A DNA stretch of 64,000 nucleotides from NCBI GenBank assembly GCA_951406725.2, contig OX597819.1, positions 99,386,001 to 99,450,000 on the forward strand, written 5' to 3'. The number at the start of each line of letters is the position of its first letter. Position 1 is the first letter of the stretch. The DNA is from Octopus vulgaris (lineage: Eukaryota). The notes under the pieces are model-generated. The model made no database searches. It saw only the letters and a list, made by a program, of their open reading frames with translations, and was not told the origin of the DNA. A program made the position numbers and the translations under genes. Below, in pieces: positions 41,155-56,143 of the stretch.

Positions 41155-41298
41155 CTTTGGTCATCTACCACAATGGTATTGACAAAACATCTGAGTTCCA
41201 AAGTGTTTCTGACTATAGGCTGATTGACCCCGACTTGTTCATTACCAGAAAGAATGACAGCAAAGATAACCAGTCGGTGTCTCTAACATTCACATCTG
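41155..41298 (+). CDS. Exon 21: middle of VWD
   Basis: tttcag|CT..TCTG|gtaagc; TLVIYHNGIDKT..VSLTFTS; 144 nt. Confidence 0.88.
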
Positions 41299-42862
41299 GT
41301 AAGCACATTTACTGTAAATCTTAAATAAAATTGTTTTAGCCTTGATATACACTTGTTCGGAGTATTGTGATATGATAGAAATATCTTGTATTTTGATGCC
41401 TTCCGTGATCTGCTCTAAGACGATATTCACGTGTCGATATAACGTCCATTATTTATCATATATTGCTATACCCTCTCCAGCAAGGCTCATATGTTATTTG
41501 GGATCTGCTAGATCACAGGCACTACAATAGATCTTAAACAAATAAGTTGTGCTAGAGCCAATTTCCTCGTGGTAAAATCAACGCCAAAAACATATATGTA
41601 ATTTCCACGAGTACAAAACAGATAACTAGAGTTTATTTTCACGAAGTTGCTTCACATAAATCTCCCTATCCGTAGTTAGTAAATGTATTCCTTTCACAAA
41701 CTTTTCGATAAACCCTTCATAGTATGGAAATAGGATCTAAGAGCAAAAACTGTTTTCCTTTAACTTTGCTTCCAGTCTTAGTGAATGCCTCTTCAATCGC
41801 CTTTCTCATCTCTGGAATGAGGACTCTGAGTCTGCTGAGCCACAGTAAAGGATTTTCCGATTTCTGAGAACCGAACAGCTTCACCACTTGTCACGTTGTG
41901 ATCACTTCTACAACTATTGTCTTCTGAATCTGCTTAAACAGAATCCGGTGAATTTGTAGCATTATCAAAATATTCAAATACTAGTGAAGCTGACCCTTTT
42001 GAAAACATTGAGTTTGAAGAATGTTCAGGAATATTCATATATGCAACAACATTCTTCCCAATGAATCGCCGAATAATATAATAAATATATCTATCTGCAA
42101 AAGAAAAAATGGCAAACATTATGCAAACACAGATCCTATCTAGATTAAGAAACCTAACAGTGCTATTCTATATCATAGAATTTATTGAGTAATATTGCAG
42201 TTGAGCTAAGCCCATGATTCGGATACAGCATCAAGATATTGCAAAATATTTTGATCACGAAATAAAAATATTTGATATTTTTTATATTAACACATGCCTA
42301 TAAAACACGCAACTTCTAGTAACAGGTTATAACAGAGATTATTTTATAATCTCCTTTAGCCGAATATGCTGATGACGTTGACAATATTGTCACGTAGAAC
42401 TCCATTTACGTACGACCATTCAGTAGTTTTCGAGTTAAGATGATTTAAACGATCATTCTCCATATAAAACTCCTCAGTCTTCTGAGAGTACAAAATCACT
42501 CAAAATATACAACAGGGCAGAAAATGTGAGTAATTGTTGAAGTGCATTTCTAACTCAAGTATTAGATGTCGATACCTTGTTGTATGCACAGCAATTATTC
42601 AAACAGGAATTTCCATTTTTGTGTAATGGGGACATTCAGCCATAGTTTCAAATGCAATCTAAGAAAACGATATAACAGTATTCAAACAGGAACAGAAACT
42701 AATCAAATGTTTGAAAAGAAATTCCATAACAATCGACTAGGAAGAAAATCAATACTTTCAAGGCTTGTTTTATATAGTTATGATATTTTTCACTGTTAAT
42801 TAGTTTCAATGTTATATTTCGAAGAACGTGCAATGAGGTTATAATTATTCTTGTCTTTCTAG

Positions 42863-43066
42863 GTGTTGATGTATCAGTGACGGTTGGTATTCGCATGCTT
42901 ACTGTAACCGTGAGTTTACCAGAAGGCTATAAAAATACTACGCTAACCAGCGGTCTTATGGGAGTGTATAATGATGACAAGAAGGATGATCTCACAACAC
43001 CAAATGGGACTGTATTGCCTGAGACTTCTAGTGAAAGGGATATCTTTTATATGTTTGGTCAACGCT
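42863..43066 (+). CDS. Exon 22: end of VWD
   Basis: GVDVSVTV..SLPEGYKN..TSGLMGVYNDDKKDDLTTPNG..IFYMFGQR, with W completed by the next exon; 204 nt. Confidence 0.93.
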
Positions 43067-43957
43067 GTAAGTAAAATGATTGTATTATATTTTTCACTAT
43101 ATTTTTCCAAGTGACCTTATCTTATCGCCCATCACTTGTTATGCGCCCATAAGTTAGTTTGATAGCTGAGCTCTGATTGGCTGCATGCATATGAGTTCGT
43201 AACTGGGGTCCGGAACTCTCGTTAGAAAAAAAAACGCGTCCGGCTTACATAAATGGGAATCACATAACTGAATGTTTACCACTGTAATATTCAGAACATA
43301 GGCTGGGGTACCTAATTTGTGACAAGTTATATTATGTTAACTTTTAGTCAGGAGGGGAGTTTGTGTCCCTTTACAGTCACTACAAAGCGTGAAGGACGAA
43401 CAAAGGAAAAATATATCATAAAAATGTTGACCTGTCCCAAATGACTGAAACGCAGTCGATTCTGCTAAAAGCACCACTCAAAACGCAGCGACTAGGGACA
43501 GATATCTTATCACAAGGCATTTAAGCCGGTATTCTTACACTTTCGCCAATCCCGAAGAGGAAACGACTAAGTTGATCTTGACGGATTTTGACCTGAGTAC
43601 AGAGAATCTGAGCATCTAAAATTCGGAGTCCCCATCTCAGTTGAAAATGTACCATGCCTGTGTGCTTTAGGATCTCACCTTGTAACCACAAGCTTTTTCG
43701 AGCGTATATATATACATATGTCTGTGTCTGTGCGTGTGCCTTGAATAATGTATTAATAATGTATTATGACTTGTTCTTGGTGCTCAATAATTCATTTAGC
43801 TATGGGCTATATAGTTTCACCATATGTGTTTAGTATATAAAACAAAGTCAAAGACACTATTCTGAACTATTGCTGTAATGTAATTTGTATTATTTCACCT
43901 CTTTATCTGTTTTGCATTTTAAACTAATACCAACATTGTTTTGTCTTTTCTTCCCAG

Positions 43958-44197
43958 GGGCTATAAATACTTCACTGTTTAAATATCAGAAGGGTTTTTC
44001 AAATGCTGACTATACCGACACTTCTTTCGTTCCCCTTTTTATTGATAAAACCTCTGCGATTTACAACAAATCTTTAGAGATATGTAAAGCAGATGACAAC
44101 GCTTGTATTTATGACTACATAGCAACTGGTGATGAAAGTATTGCTAAAGCAACTGAATCCCTTGATAAGGAAGCTACAGCTGACTTCCAAGCTGCAA
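43958..44197 (+). CDS. Exon 23: post-VWD Cys/helical region
   Basis: WAINTSLFKY..FVPLF..ICKADDNACIYDYIATGDESIA (CxxDxxxTG motif of the MUC4/SUSD2 family); 240 nt. Confidence 0.92.
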
Positions 44198-45312
44198 GTA
44201 AGCAATATTATTTTATTTTCAGTTTCTGGTTTCCGCCTTACAACACTCAATCAGGAAAAAGTGTTTTGGCTGATCAATTTCATAAGATCCACCGAAGGTG
44301 GGTGAGTGCATGTGTGTGGGTCTTGAATTATTTCTAACACTATCAAAGTAGTATAGACAAGACTTCTGTTCCGTTCTTGTTTTCGCTTATATTCACCGTT
44401 ATGCTGTGGAATATTGAGGTCTGTTTTTATGAAGATGATGGTGCCGATGATAACCATGCTGCTGCTGATGCTAATAATAATAATAATAAAAATAATAATA
44501 ATAATAGTTTCAAATTTTGTCAGAAAGTAGGCGATCCAAAGTAAGGAAATATGTCAATTCTATTGACTCGAGTACTTCACTGGGGCCTTATTTTGGTGAC
44601 CCCGAAAGGATGAAGGCAAAATTCCCATTGAAATTATTTGAACGCAGAACGTAATGAGCCCTAAACGTTCAGTCTGACGCACCTACGATTCTGCCAGCTC
44701 ATCACTTCCATAAAATAATACGCTATGAAATAAGAGCGGTATAATTTATAGTCATACATATACTATTCAGACTATTGTAGGTCTCCTAGCAATGAAATGA
44801 AACGACTACGCATATATATTCTGTGATCAGGCCATACATAACATTTACAGCAGCCACACTACGCGACTGACCTTCGGTAATATGGGATGCGCGCATGCAC
44901 TCATTATTTTTCATTATTTTTATTCTATAGAATAACGTTTGGAATAAGATTTCAGCGCAATTCTAGAATGGCTGAAGCACACATACTAAGCAAATGAACA
45001 CAGCCGAACAGGCATCAGTAACTACGGCGATTGATGAAACCAGAGGCTAATACATCACCGTGTGCATTTTACAAGGTGTAGTTCATGAACCAAATTGGCT
45101 GTTGTCTGGACTATACTATTTCATAGAGTATAAATTAAGATGGCAACGCACTTAGATTTTGCAAGTTATGTGAGCTAAAGTTAAAAAAGGGTGGCTGTGT
45201 GGTGAGTAGCTTGCTTACCAACCACATGGCTCCGGGTTCAGTCCCAGTGCGTTACACCATGGACGAGCCTTGCGAGTGGATTTGGTAGACAGAAACTGAA
45301 AGTAGTCCATTG

Positions 45313-45353
<41 letters not shown>

Positions 45354-45734
45354 TGATTTGTCCCCGTAACTTAGCGGTTCGGCAAAAGTGACCGATAGAA
45401 TAAGTACTTGGTTTACAAAGATTAAATCCTTGGTCGATTTGTTCGACTAAAGGCGGAGATCTAGCATTGCTGCAGTATAAGAATAAAAAGAAAGAATATT
45501 TTAACCTTCTCTGTTCCACTGATATCTCTAGTAAGATAACCAATATCATTTATATGTGGCCTGATAATTTCATTAAATTCCCCATAAAATGTCAGACGTT
45601 TAGGGAAAAGTTGTTTATCAGAAAAAATATCTTCAAATAAAATTCACCGACAGACAACTATTAATTTCCTCGGCTTTTAAATTATTTTTTTGTTTCTTAC
45701 CAAGATTATTGATAGCAATTCTGCTTTATCACAG

Positions 45735-45942
45735 GAAACACAGCCCCTGAAATTTCTGGTGAAGAAACTGTTAAAATAAATATAAATGAAACAGCCACTG
45801 CCATTCTCAATGTCAGAGATGCTGAAAATAATACTATCACAATCGAGAAGCAACAAGGTGGCGAGTATTTTAATTTCAGTAAAAGTGGATCCGATATTAC
45901 ATTATCAATATATTTGATGCATTCAAATGCAGTTAATATCAG
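45735..45942 (+). CDS. Exon 24: cadherin/Ig-like beta-rich domain
   Basis: cacag|GA..ATCAG|gtgagt; RNTAPEISGEETVKINI..LNVRDAENNTITI; 208 nt, phase 1-2; fold assignment is inference. Confidence 0.82.
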
Positions 45943-46667
45943 GTGAGTTAGAGAGGAATTTCTATTCATGTTATTTTATTTCATTGAAGCAAATTGATGA
46001 AACTTTGCAGAGCTCTTAAATTCACAGGAAACTGTGGTTCTTGTGCAATAAAAAGTCAATGCTGCAGTTTGATTTGAAGTGACAGAAGACTTCATATCGA
46101 ATTGACTTGAGATTTGAAACTTCTGGAGAACTTAACCCTGAAACTTTTCGTTGTGTATGTTTGGTAGAGCAATTTACATTTTGTATGGAATAAGATTCTT
46201 CATCGACAAGCCATCCCGATATTTATAGTAAAACCATAAAAGTTTAACTAATGCTAAAATAGAACCGCTTAATATAGTTTAAGCAATATTCAAATAAAAT
46301 GAGTTTAGTTTAACCGTAGTTTAACCATTGCTATCATCAAATTACTTAATTTTATGCAGTGATAAAATCAAATCGTTTTATTAACTAGTAATAAAACCAA
46401 ATTAATTGAATTTAGTAAATGCTAAAATTAAATAAGTGATTAAAAATTAAATAACTTAAAGTTTAATCAGAAGTAAGATTAAATTGTTTAATTTTAAAGA
46501 ATGATGAATTTGTTCGAATTTTAATCGGCGATAAATTTTAAATGTACCAAAACGTACATCCATGTGCACGTACATATATACATACATACTTCATACATAC
46601 ATTACATACATTTATATATATATAAATATGTGTGTGTATATGTGTGTATATACATATGTATGTATAA

Positions 46668-46699
<32 letters not shown>

Positions 46700-46801
46700 G
46701 TATACATATATATGTATGTATTTTTTATATAAGTATCTAAACATATTTGTATATATGTATATGTATGCATATATGTATATACATATATATGTGCATATAT
46801 G

Positions 46802-46883
<82 letters not shown>

Positions 46884-47022
46884 TTTCGTTTTGGGATTTG
46901 GTTTGCAAGATTCTTTCATCATCAACAAGTTTTCACAAGTATTGAAATAGCATAACGGAAAACATTAAAATATGTTGTGTTTAATTAATGCATATACTGA
47001 TATTGTTATTCATCTGTTACAG

Positions 47023-47186
47023 CATTGTTGCTCAAGATGACAAAAATGCTTCTTCTGCCGAATTCGTTATGAGTATTGTGCTATGCAGTGGATGTTCTAA
47101 TCACGGAAGCTGCAGAGAAGATAACCCTGTAATTAGAACAGAAAACTTTATTCTGCAGTCATGTGACTGCAATGAAGAATATGCTG
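47023..47186 (+). CDS. Exon 25: end of the beta domain plus EGF
   Basis: SIVAQDDKNASS..LCSGCSNHGSC..CDCNEEYA; 164 nt, phase 2-1. Confidence 0.9.
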
Positions 47187-47389
47187 GTGAGAATTATAAA
47201 TTGTGTGCATAAATTCATATGAATATTTTATTTATAACATTATAATGTGAAAAAACAGCTGCTGACTAAATCTATGTGCCTCGCCAATCCCAATCTATAT
47301 GAGAAATTAGACAAAGGAAATGTAGTGGCAATTTAAAGCAGTAAAGATTTTGGTGGTATGTAGCATGTAAACCTCTTATACACATTGTT

Positions 47390-48780
47390 CATGTCAGAAC
47401 AAAATATCTCTCTCTCTTCTCTTGAACTAGATTGTCGTGTCTTTTCTTGTCTTCTTTGTGTACCAGCATGCTACATTCACTTACTATATGAGTAACGCTT
47501 TCCTCTTTTGATTTGCATAATCTACATTGGAAATCTACTTGATTTTTGTCTATTTTGGCTTTTAACCAATTAGTCCTCAATACTTGATGTTGCGCAGCTA
47601 CTAACAATCTTTCTGTCTCCCTCTTCAGCTTTCTTTTCTGCAATCATAACCATGTCTCACTACTATTTGCTGCAACTATATTAGGGAATCTGCTATGTAA
47701 CACCTCTTTCTAGTCAGATAATTTCTGTTATTTTTCCTGGTTTTTGAAGTTCCTTTGGTATTTTGGTTTCCCTATGTCTTGCTGTGGCTCTAGCAGCCTT
47801 TAATAAACCTTCTTCACTATTACCTACATAGAAGTCTATATCTACTCTAGCTAACTACACACAGTCTTCCACTGATATTAACCCTCTTCCACCTTCGTAT
47901 CTAGGTAGGTTTAAACTTGCTACTCCTGCCCTTTGATGCAATGCTCCTTTCATATTGAATTCCTTCCAAGTTCTTTTGTCCAACTTTGCTAATTCTGTTT
48001 TTGTCCAATCTACAAAAGTTGTTGATTATCTAAGTAATGTTACTGCCCAAGTATTTACAGCCTTCACTAGATCCCGGCCATTTTATCTTTGACTTCATTA
48101 GATTCCTCACCCTCCTGGTGTACTGCTTCTCAATTTTCGCTTTCATTTTTTTAGTTAGTACTCTGTCAGATACATCTCTCTTCCTTTCAATGATTTTAAT
48201 GTCTGGCCCTGTGGTAATTGGCTGCCTTCGCTCTTGACTATATGTCCTCTTCTCATGACTAATATTGTACACTTATATATGCCAAATTACACACCTATAT
48301 CTTTGCTGAAGAGTCTTACAATCTGTATTAAGGAATCTATCTCTATTTCATTCTTAGTAAAAAGCTTCAAATCATCCATGTAGAGCAAATGGTTAATTTT
48401 TCCATTATTATTTCTGAACTGATAACTTGTCTCTTTTTCCACATTTGCTCTTTTTTAATCTTTCCTCGTGAGGTATCTAATCTTCTGGTGACTACTATCC
48501 CCACTGCGTAGATCAATAAGTTAGTGTCTTTTATATCTTTAGTATCTATCTTCCTGATAACAGAATCTACTTAAAGTCATTTCTTATAGCTTTCTTCTGT
48601 TGATTTCTTTTAATGCTGGCAATCTTTTTGTTACTTTTTTACTCATTACTTTCTGCAGCTCATCTAAAATCTTCTGATCTTCCTCACTTAAATCACGCAA
48701 GTCGTTGGTGCCAGTTGTCTATTCCTTATCGGTAGCGCTATTATTATTGTTTTCTTTAGGTTCTTTTTTAGTTTGAGGTG
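47390..48780 (-). mobile_element. Decayed R4/Dong-like non-LTR retrotransposon (RLE class)
   Basis: Minus-strand HLLYMDDLKLF and LKRETERLLVAAQ..CRLC..ESVTHIVSEC..RHD (CCHC knuckle before the RLE); boundaries approximate. Confidence 0.8.
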
Positions 48781-50083
48781 TATCTTTTATGTTGTTTGCC
48801 TTTCCCACTGAGCATTAGCTTGATCAACTAAACATTGCTCCGTCACTTTAAACATACCGTTCTGTACCCAAAATGTTAATATCTGTTTTCTACAGCCCCC
48901 TTCTTTTAGGTTCACTTCCTTAGTAGAGCCTTATCATTATCCCGTTTTTTACGCTGGTCCACTTCCTCCTCCTTAAAACATCGTATATTTAGAAGCTCTA
49001 GATAATTAAACTGTGACTGAGTTCCTGATTTATAGCAACACATTTGTTTATATTCACGTCATCTTATAGAATTTTTGTTAAATGTACTTATTAACAGAAG
49101 GGGAGCGCCCGCTGGCCGGTTCCTCACCAATTTATGCAGTTTCAGTTTCAACATGTTTCAAATAAGTACTGACAATTGAAGGTGATTGCAAAGACAAAGA
49201 ACTACTTGGATTTTTAACAATTTTTAACAGTGAGAAATCGGATAAAATGTGTTATTGACATTAATAGTTTGTACCTCAGCTAATTACTGTTGAGAACTGC
49301 ATAATCCATGTTTCAGTTTACTTAGTGATTTAAAAGGCATACTTAAATTTCATTATTTTCAATAACCTAGGAAACACCGGGTTATTAACGTATAAAGTTG
49401 GTATCTCACTTGCTATGAGGTAATACCTGCGTAGTCTGTGTTTCATGTTAGAGATCTAAAAGGCATTTCTAAATTTCATTATTTTCTTTAATTCAGGCAA
49501 CGTCGGGCATTTCTGCTAGTAATAATAGAATAGTATAATCTTCATGAAGCATGTCTGGTATATATATATATATGTATAAATGTAAGGCGGCGATATAATC
49601 GATTTAATCCATTTGTCTGTCCTTGTTTGTCCCCTCTATGTTTAGTCCCTTGCGGGCAATAAAGAAATATATATGTATAAATGTTTTCAAATATTTTTGA
49701 AGCTAGAAGAAGTTATAAACAATAAAACTGCCATCGATGATTAGTATTCGTATCTTGTATTTCCCTATTCAAGAAGTGACAGCTATCCTACGTAGATTTT
49801 TCTGAAGAAGAGATCCTAACTTGGGAACAGTTTAAATACCAGATAGTAGAATTAATACCGACCTAAATTTTTAATGCTTTATAACTAGCATTGATTTTGT
49901 TTAAAAAAATATGGCAATATTTTACATTGTTTTCATCACGAACACTATAGCAAAGTAAAATTACATTTTTGTTTGATAAATAAATTAATTTCCATAAAGC
50001 ATAGGACTGAAAACCAGTCCGAAATTATTATAAATTCTCTAAAAATTGTCGTTCTAATAATAATGTTACGTTTTAATCAACAG

Positions 50084-50248
50084 GTGATAACTGTGAAGAT
50101 GACTTTGATGGATGCAGCGGTAATCCTTGCCCTGGAGTAGGAAAATGTGAAGACTTAAAACCAGATGAGCACAAAGCCCAAAATACATCTTTCCGATGTG
50201 ATTGTCCACAGGGCTACGTATTAAACAACGCAACATCTCGTTGTCAAG
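50084..50248 (+). CDS. Exon 26: end of one EGF plus a further EGF
   Basis: GDNCEDDFDGCSGNPCPGVGKCEDLKP..FRCDCPQGYVLNNATSRCQ; 165 nt. Confidence 0.92.
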
Positions 50249-52468
50249 GTAATACCTGTCTACTCACAGTATTCTGAAACTAATACTAAACAATATTCAA
50301 TTCACATCATCTTAATATATTTTATTTATTGCAAAGAAGAGTTTCTTTCGGATTCAAAAAATAGTATTTACAAGTGCTTAAACATTAATGAATTAAGTAT
50401 AAACTATAATTAATAATTAATAGACAAAATTTATAATAAGTGACAAATTTCTCGTACTAGTTAAAATACGATACATTCAAAATGCAGTAAAGTAAGTTTA
50501 ATTAGCATTAAGTTCAAATGTTACTTTCAACATTAGTGAGTCATTCAAATAGTTGCCTGGGTCGAAATCATTATCCAGTGACTCTGTCTAATAAATACTA
50601 TCGAATATAACGAGGTAGGATGGGATTGTGTTAAAATATGAACTTCGAAAGTATGTACTCCCGATTCAATCCAGCTATGCTGTGCCGAGGGCAATCATCA
50701 TCTACACCAGTCTCAGGTCAGCCAAAGCTGAGTGATTGACACTCAAAAGAAAATATATATTGTGTTGAAACCCATGAGAACAAAGCTTTCTGTTTTTGAG
50801 TAATGATATTCATCCATTGAACGCAAACATAATCTCTGCATTAACATCCTTCCTTTAACGGTACTCTATTGACAGCATTTGAACCATGTCTCCAGCTTGA
50901 CAATAACTCTTTTTTGTCCTCGCCTTGCTTCCGTTTTCGAAGGCCACGAAAAAAGTTATAGATATTGTCTTTCTCACCTGACAGATTTAAAATGATAAAA
51001 AAATAACTAATAATGATTCACTGACGCATGTTACTTATACTTCAGTCCAATCTCTTACAAGTATTTCAGCTAGATCTCCAAGCAAAAGGTAGTTTCTTCT
51101 TTTCCTTCGGATATCATGAATAGATAATGGGTGTAGGTGTTACCATCTTTGTTCTAACTATGCGATCGAAAAATACACATATTTACTTACAACCATATTC
51201 AGCATTAGTGTTAATGCACGCACACACATATACTAACACACACTTTGCATATGACAGTTGTCTCTCCGTGTACTTATAAAAGTTCCTATGCTTTTTGTTG
51301 CTGGCAACCGTAAATCATTCCCTACTTTCCGAGATAACAGTATGGGATAGTTTTGTATGCGATGCTTCATTTAACGTAGGATAAATACATTAATAACGAG
51401 AAATACTTCACGAATGGAGATTTTATGTTTGTAAATGCATTGCTACAGATGATTCAATAGGACATGCATATTTATGGCGCCACCTCACCATATCTATAGG
51501 GTATTACTCTCTCTTTTACTCTCTTTTAATTGTTTCTGCCATTTGACTGCGGCCATGCTGGAGCACCGCCTTTAATCGAGCAACTCGACCCCGGGACTTA
51601 TTCTTTTGTAAGCCCAGTACTTATTATATCGGTCTCTTTTGCCGAACCGCTAAGTGACGGGGATGTAAACACACCAGCATCGCTTGTCAAGCAATGCTAG
51701 GGGGACAAACACAGACACACAAACACACACACGCATATACATATATATACATATATACGACGGACTTCTTTTCAGTTTCCGTCTACCAAATCCACTCAAA
51801 AGGCTTTGGTCGGCCCGAGGCTATAGTAGAAGACACTTGCCCAAGGTACCACGCAGTGGGACTGAACCCGGAACCATGTGGTTGGTTAGAAAGCTACTTA
51901 CCACACAGCCACTCCTGCGCCATGGATATTATTTATAATATCCATGGTCCGAATGGAAGCCCGTTAATTCGACAATTTTTGCATTAATTTTCATTGGATT
52001 TTCTTTTTGTTTAGCATTCAGTGTATTAATCTTTCAACAGCATTCAAAAGGCTATGTTTGCTTGTGAATTCTTGAAAACTACAATATACATGGATGTATT
52101 GATAGCTGAACAAACTTAGTGAGGGATAGCTTTGTTCGTTGTTTACATATTAAATTTTACCTTCTTCATTCTCTTTTTTTTTACTTTCTCTTTCCCAACT
52201 TCCATGTCTCCATCACCATTAATATGTAAACAATACCCCCCACACACACACACTCGTACTAAGGTGAATCAGAAAGTTATGCAATTTTTATTCGTATGTG
52301 TGTCTTTCAGTGCGTTAAGTTTGTGTCAGTCTGTGCGTGCATACGTTTGTGTGAGTGAGCGTGAGTGCATTCATCAGAATTTTTATTAACACTATTCGCC
52401 AACTAGGCATCTTTGGACGAACGTTTATTTTTATTGATAATTTTATGTTCTTCTTTCCTTTCGCTTAG

Positions 52469-52582
52469 ATGAAGATGAATGCCGTAAGAATAAACCCTGT
52501 GAACACAATTGTACAAATATCGTGGGCAGCTTCACATGTTCGTGCCAGTCTGGTTATCAACTTAATAATACACGATGTGAAA
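52469..52582 (+). CDS. Exon 27: calcium-binding EGF, paralog of exon 1
   Basis: DEDECRKNKPCEHNCTNIVGSFTCSCQSGYQLNNTRCE; 114 nt. Confidence 0.93.
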
Positions 52583-52747
52583 GTAAGTATCACTCCCTAT
52601 TTTAGTCTTGTATCAGGAACATTTTCTTTTCTACGCATTTTCCCACATGAGTGTAAAGAAGCTAGCTTTTCAACCACATAGTTCCAGATTCAGTCCCAAA
52701 GCGTGACACTTTGGTCAAGTGTCTTCTACTACAGCATTGGGCCGACC

Positions 52748-52970
<223 letters not shown>

Positions 52971-53190
52971 ATTAGTATATATTTATGTGTGTGTGTATGT
53001 GTCTGAGTTTGTTCCACCACAATCTCTTGATAACCGATGCTAATGTGTTTATGACCCCGTAACTTCGAGTTTCGGCAAAAGAGAACGAGTACTATGCTTA
53101 CAAAGAAAAGTCCTGGGGGTTGATTTCTCCGTTCCTCCAGCATGGCCATCGTCAAATGATTGAAATAAATGAAATATATATGATATAATG

Positions 53191-53270
<80 letters not shown>

Positions 53271-53312
53271 TATGCATGTATATATATATATATTTATTTA
53301 TTTATATATATA

Positions 53313-53361
<49 letters not shown>

Positions 53362-54976
53362 GGTACAGGACGTCTCGAACTGTGTAGACAACATGAAGTA
53401 CGGAAACAAACGAGTTAAATACGCAAACGTCGAGAGAACAAAAAAGATTACAAGACAAGTAAAAAGAGAGAACAACACCTCATCAGTTGTCGGATGTCTA
53501 TCTACTCCTCATTTCGAGCATTCAACGACCAAAAGAGACTGCAAAGACAGTTTCTCACATAAATTCCGAAATAAAATTTTGGATTTATGGGGGATCAAAG
53601 TTGGGAATAAAAGCAGCACAGTGAGGACATACAAGGAAAGCGAACGAGACATACAAGGACCCGACTAGAACGAGAGGAAAGTAATGAACGCTGGGAGATA
53701 TATTTTCTTTGGAAAGAGAAAAGATAGAATGTAGAGAAAAACGTACAGTCCTTAAAACGTCGTGCAGGAAAAGAAAGTAGGTCAGGCGAAGAAAAGAAAG
53801 ATGGACGATGATCATGTGTGAGCAATGAGAGAGAGAGAGAAAGAGGGGAGAGAAAGCGACAGATAAAAACTGTGAAGGGGAGAAAAGAGTTTCAGAGAAG
53901 GATGGAGGAAGAAAACAGTTTAGAGTAGACTCGCATTAAAAAGGTTAAGATAAACTTACTTGGAAATTAATATGTGGCGTTCAATTGAATAATAATATAA
54001 ATAATATATATATATATATATGTATATACATATACATACACACGTATATAATATATAATATATATATTATATTATATTAAATTAGAGATAAAACCACTAT
54101 TAGGTAAATCAAACAGTGAAAATCATAAACCAATACATAGAAATAAAATTAATTAATCAAAATTAATTAATATGCATGCATATATACGTACAGGGCGTCA
54201 CCAACTGTGTTAACATGAAGTACGAAAACTAACGTGTTAGATACACCATCAACGAGAGAATAAAATGGAAAACAAGACAAGTAGACACAGAGAATGACCC
54301 TTCGTCAGTTGTCGGCTGTCTATTTACTCTTTCTAAACCACTTACTCCACCTCCTGTGACTAAGTTAAACATTGAAAAGAATATCAGAATGCAAAGATAA
54401 AGAGAATATACCCCAACTGTTCAAAATGAATGCGGGTTTTCAAAACCATCAAACTGTGATAAGGATTTTCTAAAAGACCTTACTAAAGTATTTATCTATT
54501 CATATTTTATTTAAAGAAAACAAAAAAAACCTATTCGAGAAAGTTTTCCGATATTAATCTCTCAAGAAAACCAAAATATTAATAATTGATTGAAATACTA
54601 TTAAAAACTTTCTAAAACGAGTACTAAAAGGCTTTGAAAAATGATCGGCAGTGAAGTCTGATATACCTTTAAGAATTATTTTAGTATCTGAAGAACTAAA
54701 TTGTATGCATACAGCAGATATAGTATATTGCGTACGGTTCGCTAGAGAGATCGTCTGAAAAATTAAATATCAAAATAGTTGTTTGACTGTATTTATTTAT
54801 TTAATGAAGATTTGTCGACAAAAATGCATCGGTAATTCGGCAGAGAAATTGAACAGTCAATATATGATATTAAGTGATCCTTAAACGTTTAAATATACTC
54901 ATGACAGGCATAAACATCTGTTGAAACAACTAGGCTATTATTAATAAACCAGTAGTACATACATGTATTGGAAGAA

Positions 54977-56143
54977 TCTTTATATTTATATAAAACTGAG
55001 AATGTATGTCTGTCTGTCTGTCTGTTTCCCTAAAACTTGAGAACTACACAACCAATTTCATTCAAATTTTACACATGCCTTACTTAGGGTCCGGGGAGTG
55101 TCATCGGCAAAAAACTTTTTTAACTTTTTGCCTAAGGCGAGCCCACAGCAATAGCATATCTTCTCGACTACGCTTCCTTAAAACTTGAGAACTACACAAC
55201 CAATTTCATTCAAAATTTACACAGGCCTTACTTAGGGTCCATGTAGTTTCATGGGCAAAAAAATGCTCAACTTCTTGCCTAGAGCGAGCCCATAGCAAAA
55301 TCATATTACGTGTTAAAAGTGAAACGAAAAAAAATCTCTATTTTATGTCAGATACTTTCACTTTAACAATAAAAATAATAATAACAATTGAATTATATGT
55401 AGTAAGTAATTAAAATCAAACTAAAGTATAATATAATCGTAACATAACAAAAGTAAAAATAGCAATTGGTATAAAATTGCATCAATGACTTGAACTTGAA
55501 TAAGTGGTTTCACATGAATGGGAATAAATTAAAAATAAAATTAGCGTGCAGAAATGGAATAGTCCAGATGGATAATAAAAATTAAATTGAAGAAAAGACT
55601 ATTGTCTATAAAGTATACAATGTAGAGAAAAAAGAAGATTTGAACAGCTGGAGGAAAGCACCATCGAAAAGTGTCTTGGTGCGACTATGAAAGATATCTA
55701 ATCAGAGGCGGTAAATTCGCCACAATAGAAGCAAGGTTCGAGTCAACGGAGCGTGCAAGGGAGTACTTGACTCGAACTTGGAAAGTGGAAATATTTTATT
55801 TTACCTTTATATCTGGGACGTAGGACCTGCCGGATAAAAATTTAAAATGTACCCCACAGAAGTTGAGGTAGGTTGGATTGTAGCCACACTTCTATACAAG
55901 AGGGAGGACAAGATACAATTGATCGAAATTGCAAGAGACGAGCTTACAATTCCAGTCTGTTATATATTTTGAGTATTGTTATCACTAGCGATATCAAGAT
56001 ATAACTTTGTATTTTGTATTTTATGTGTAGATGTATATATATATATAGATGTACATGTAATATGTACACACATATATATATATATATATACATATATACA
56101 TGCACTAGCACTATGACTCGGCAACGACGGGTCATAATGCTAG
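54977..56143 (+). mobile_element. Non-autonomous Helitron
   Basis: A|TC 5' end, 3' hairpin ATGACTCG..CGGGTCAT followed by CTAG|T, no TSD; absent from the paralogous intron at about 2700. Confidence 0.85.

Noticed and set aside
41750-42190. Coding-like stretch in intron 21 (..SEADPFENIEFEECSG..)
   Set aside because: It is interrupted by stops, has no fitting splice sites or recognisable family, and exons 21 and 22 join cleanly without it. It may be an old TE remnant.
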